From a virus (taxonomy: Duplodnaviria; Caudoviricetes), in the IMG/VR virus record IMGVR_UViG_3300035676_000001: 64,000 nucleotides of DNA. The stretch is one strand, 5' to 3'. A program made the translations under genes and the position numbers. Every line of letters starts with the position of its first letter. Positions within the stretch are counted from its first letter, which is position 1. Below are positions 63,934-64,000 of this stretch, one piece after another. The notes under the pieces were generated by a model. That model was not told the origin of the DNA. It saw only the letters and a list, made by a program, of their open reading frames with translations, and did not search any database.

Positions 63934-64000
63934 TTACTGCGGTGGTTGTCCTTCTGGTTTTGGATGTTTTGCTTTCACTGCTTCTACCATCTGAACCCAT
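63934..64000 (-). CDS. 3' end of another fibre chaperone-like gene (partial)
   Basis: WVQMVEAVKAKHPKPEGQPPQ-stop. Confidence 0.6.
   Translation of the reverse strand, partial: WVQMVEAVKAKHPKPEGQPPQ

Overview
This window is a 64-kb segment of a T4-like cyanophage (cyanomyovirus); all assignments are by motif recognition, not database search. Bases 1-20,000 are a hyperplastic early region of small minus-strand ORFs. It is punctuated by a recurring 22-bp palindrome sitting about 30 bp upstream of sigma70 -10 boxes, and it holds a GIY-YIG endonuclease, Dam, CP12, ferredoxin and an SF2 helicase. At 1.75-2.3 kb there is a roughly helically phased array of 13-bp palindromes interleaved with promoters and followed by an AT-rich tract (origin- or operator-like). 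Bases 20,000-30,300 carry three 2OG-Fe(II)/JmjC oxygenases, a Cys-rich protein and large fibre/virion genes. Bases 30,600-31,100 carry three tRNAs flanking a structured ncRNA. Bases 31,500-44,400 are the baseplate/tail module (gp5, gp51, gp26, gp54-like, gp4, gp2-like, gp48, gp53). Bases 44,400-52,400 carry a Mom-like gene, a hairpin-regulated homing endonuclease, gp32, gp59, gp33, an exonuclease, PhoH, ThyX, a glutamine riboswitch driving a 33-aa peptide, and glutaredoxin. Bases 52,460-52,660 hold back-to-back promoters with a candidate sRNA. Bases 52,700-64,000 are a modular array of receptor-binding/fibre genes, chaperones and tiny adaptor proteins.
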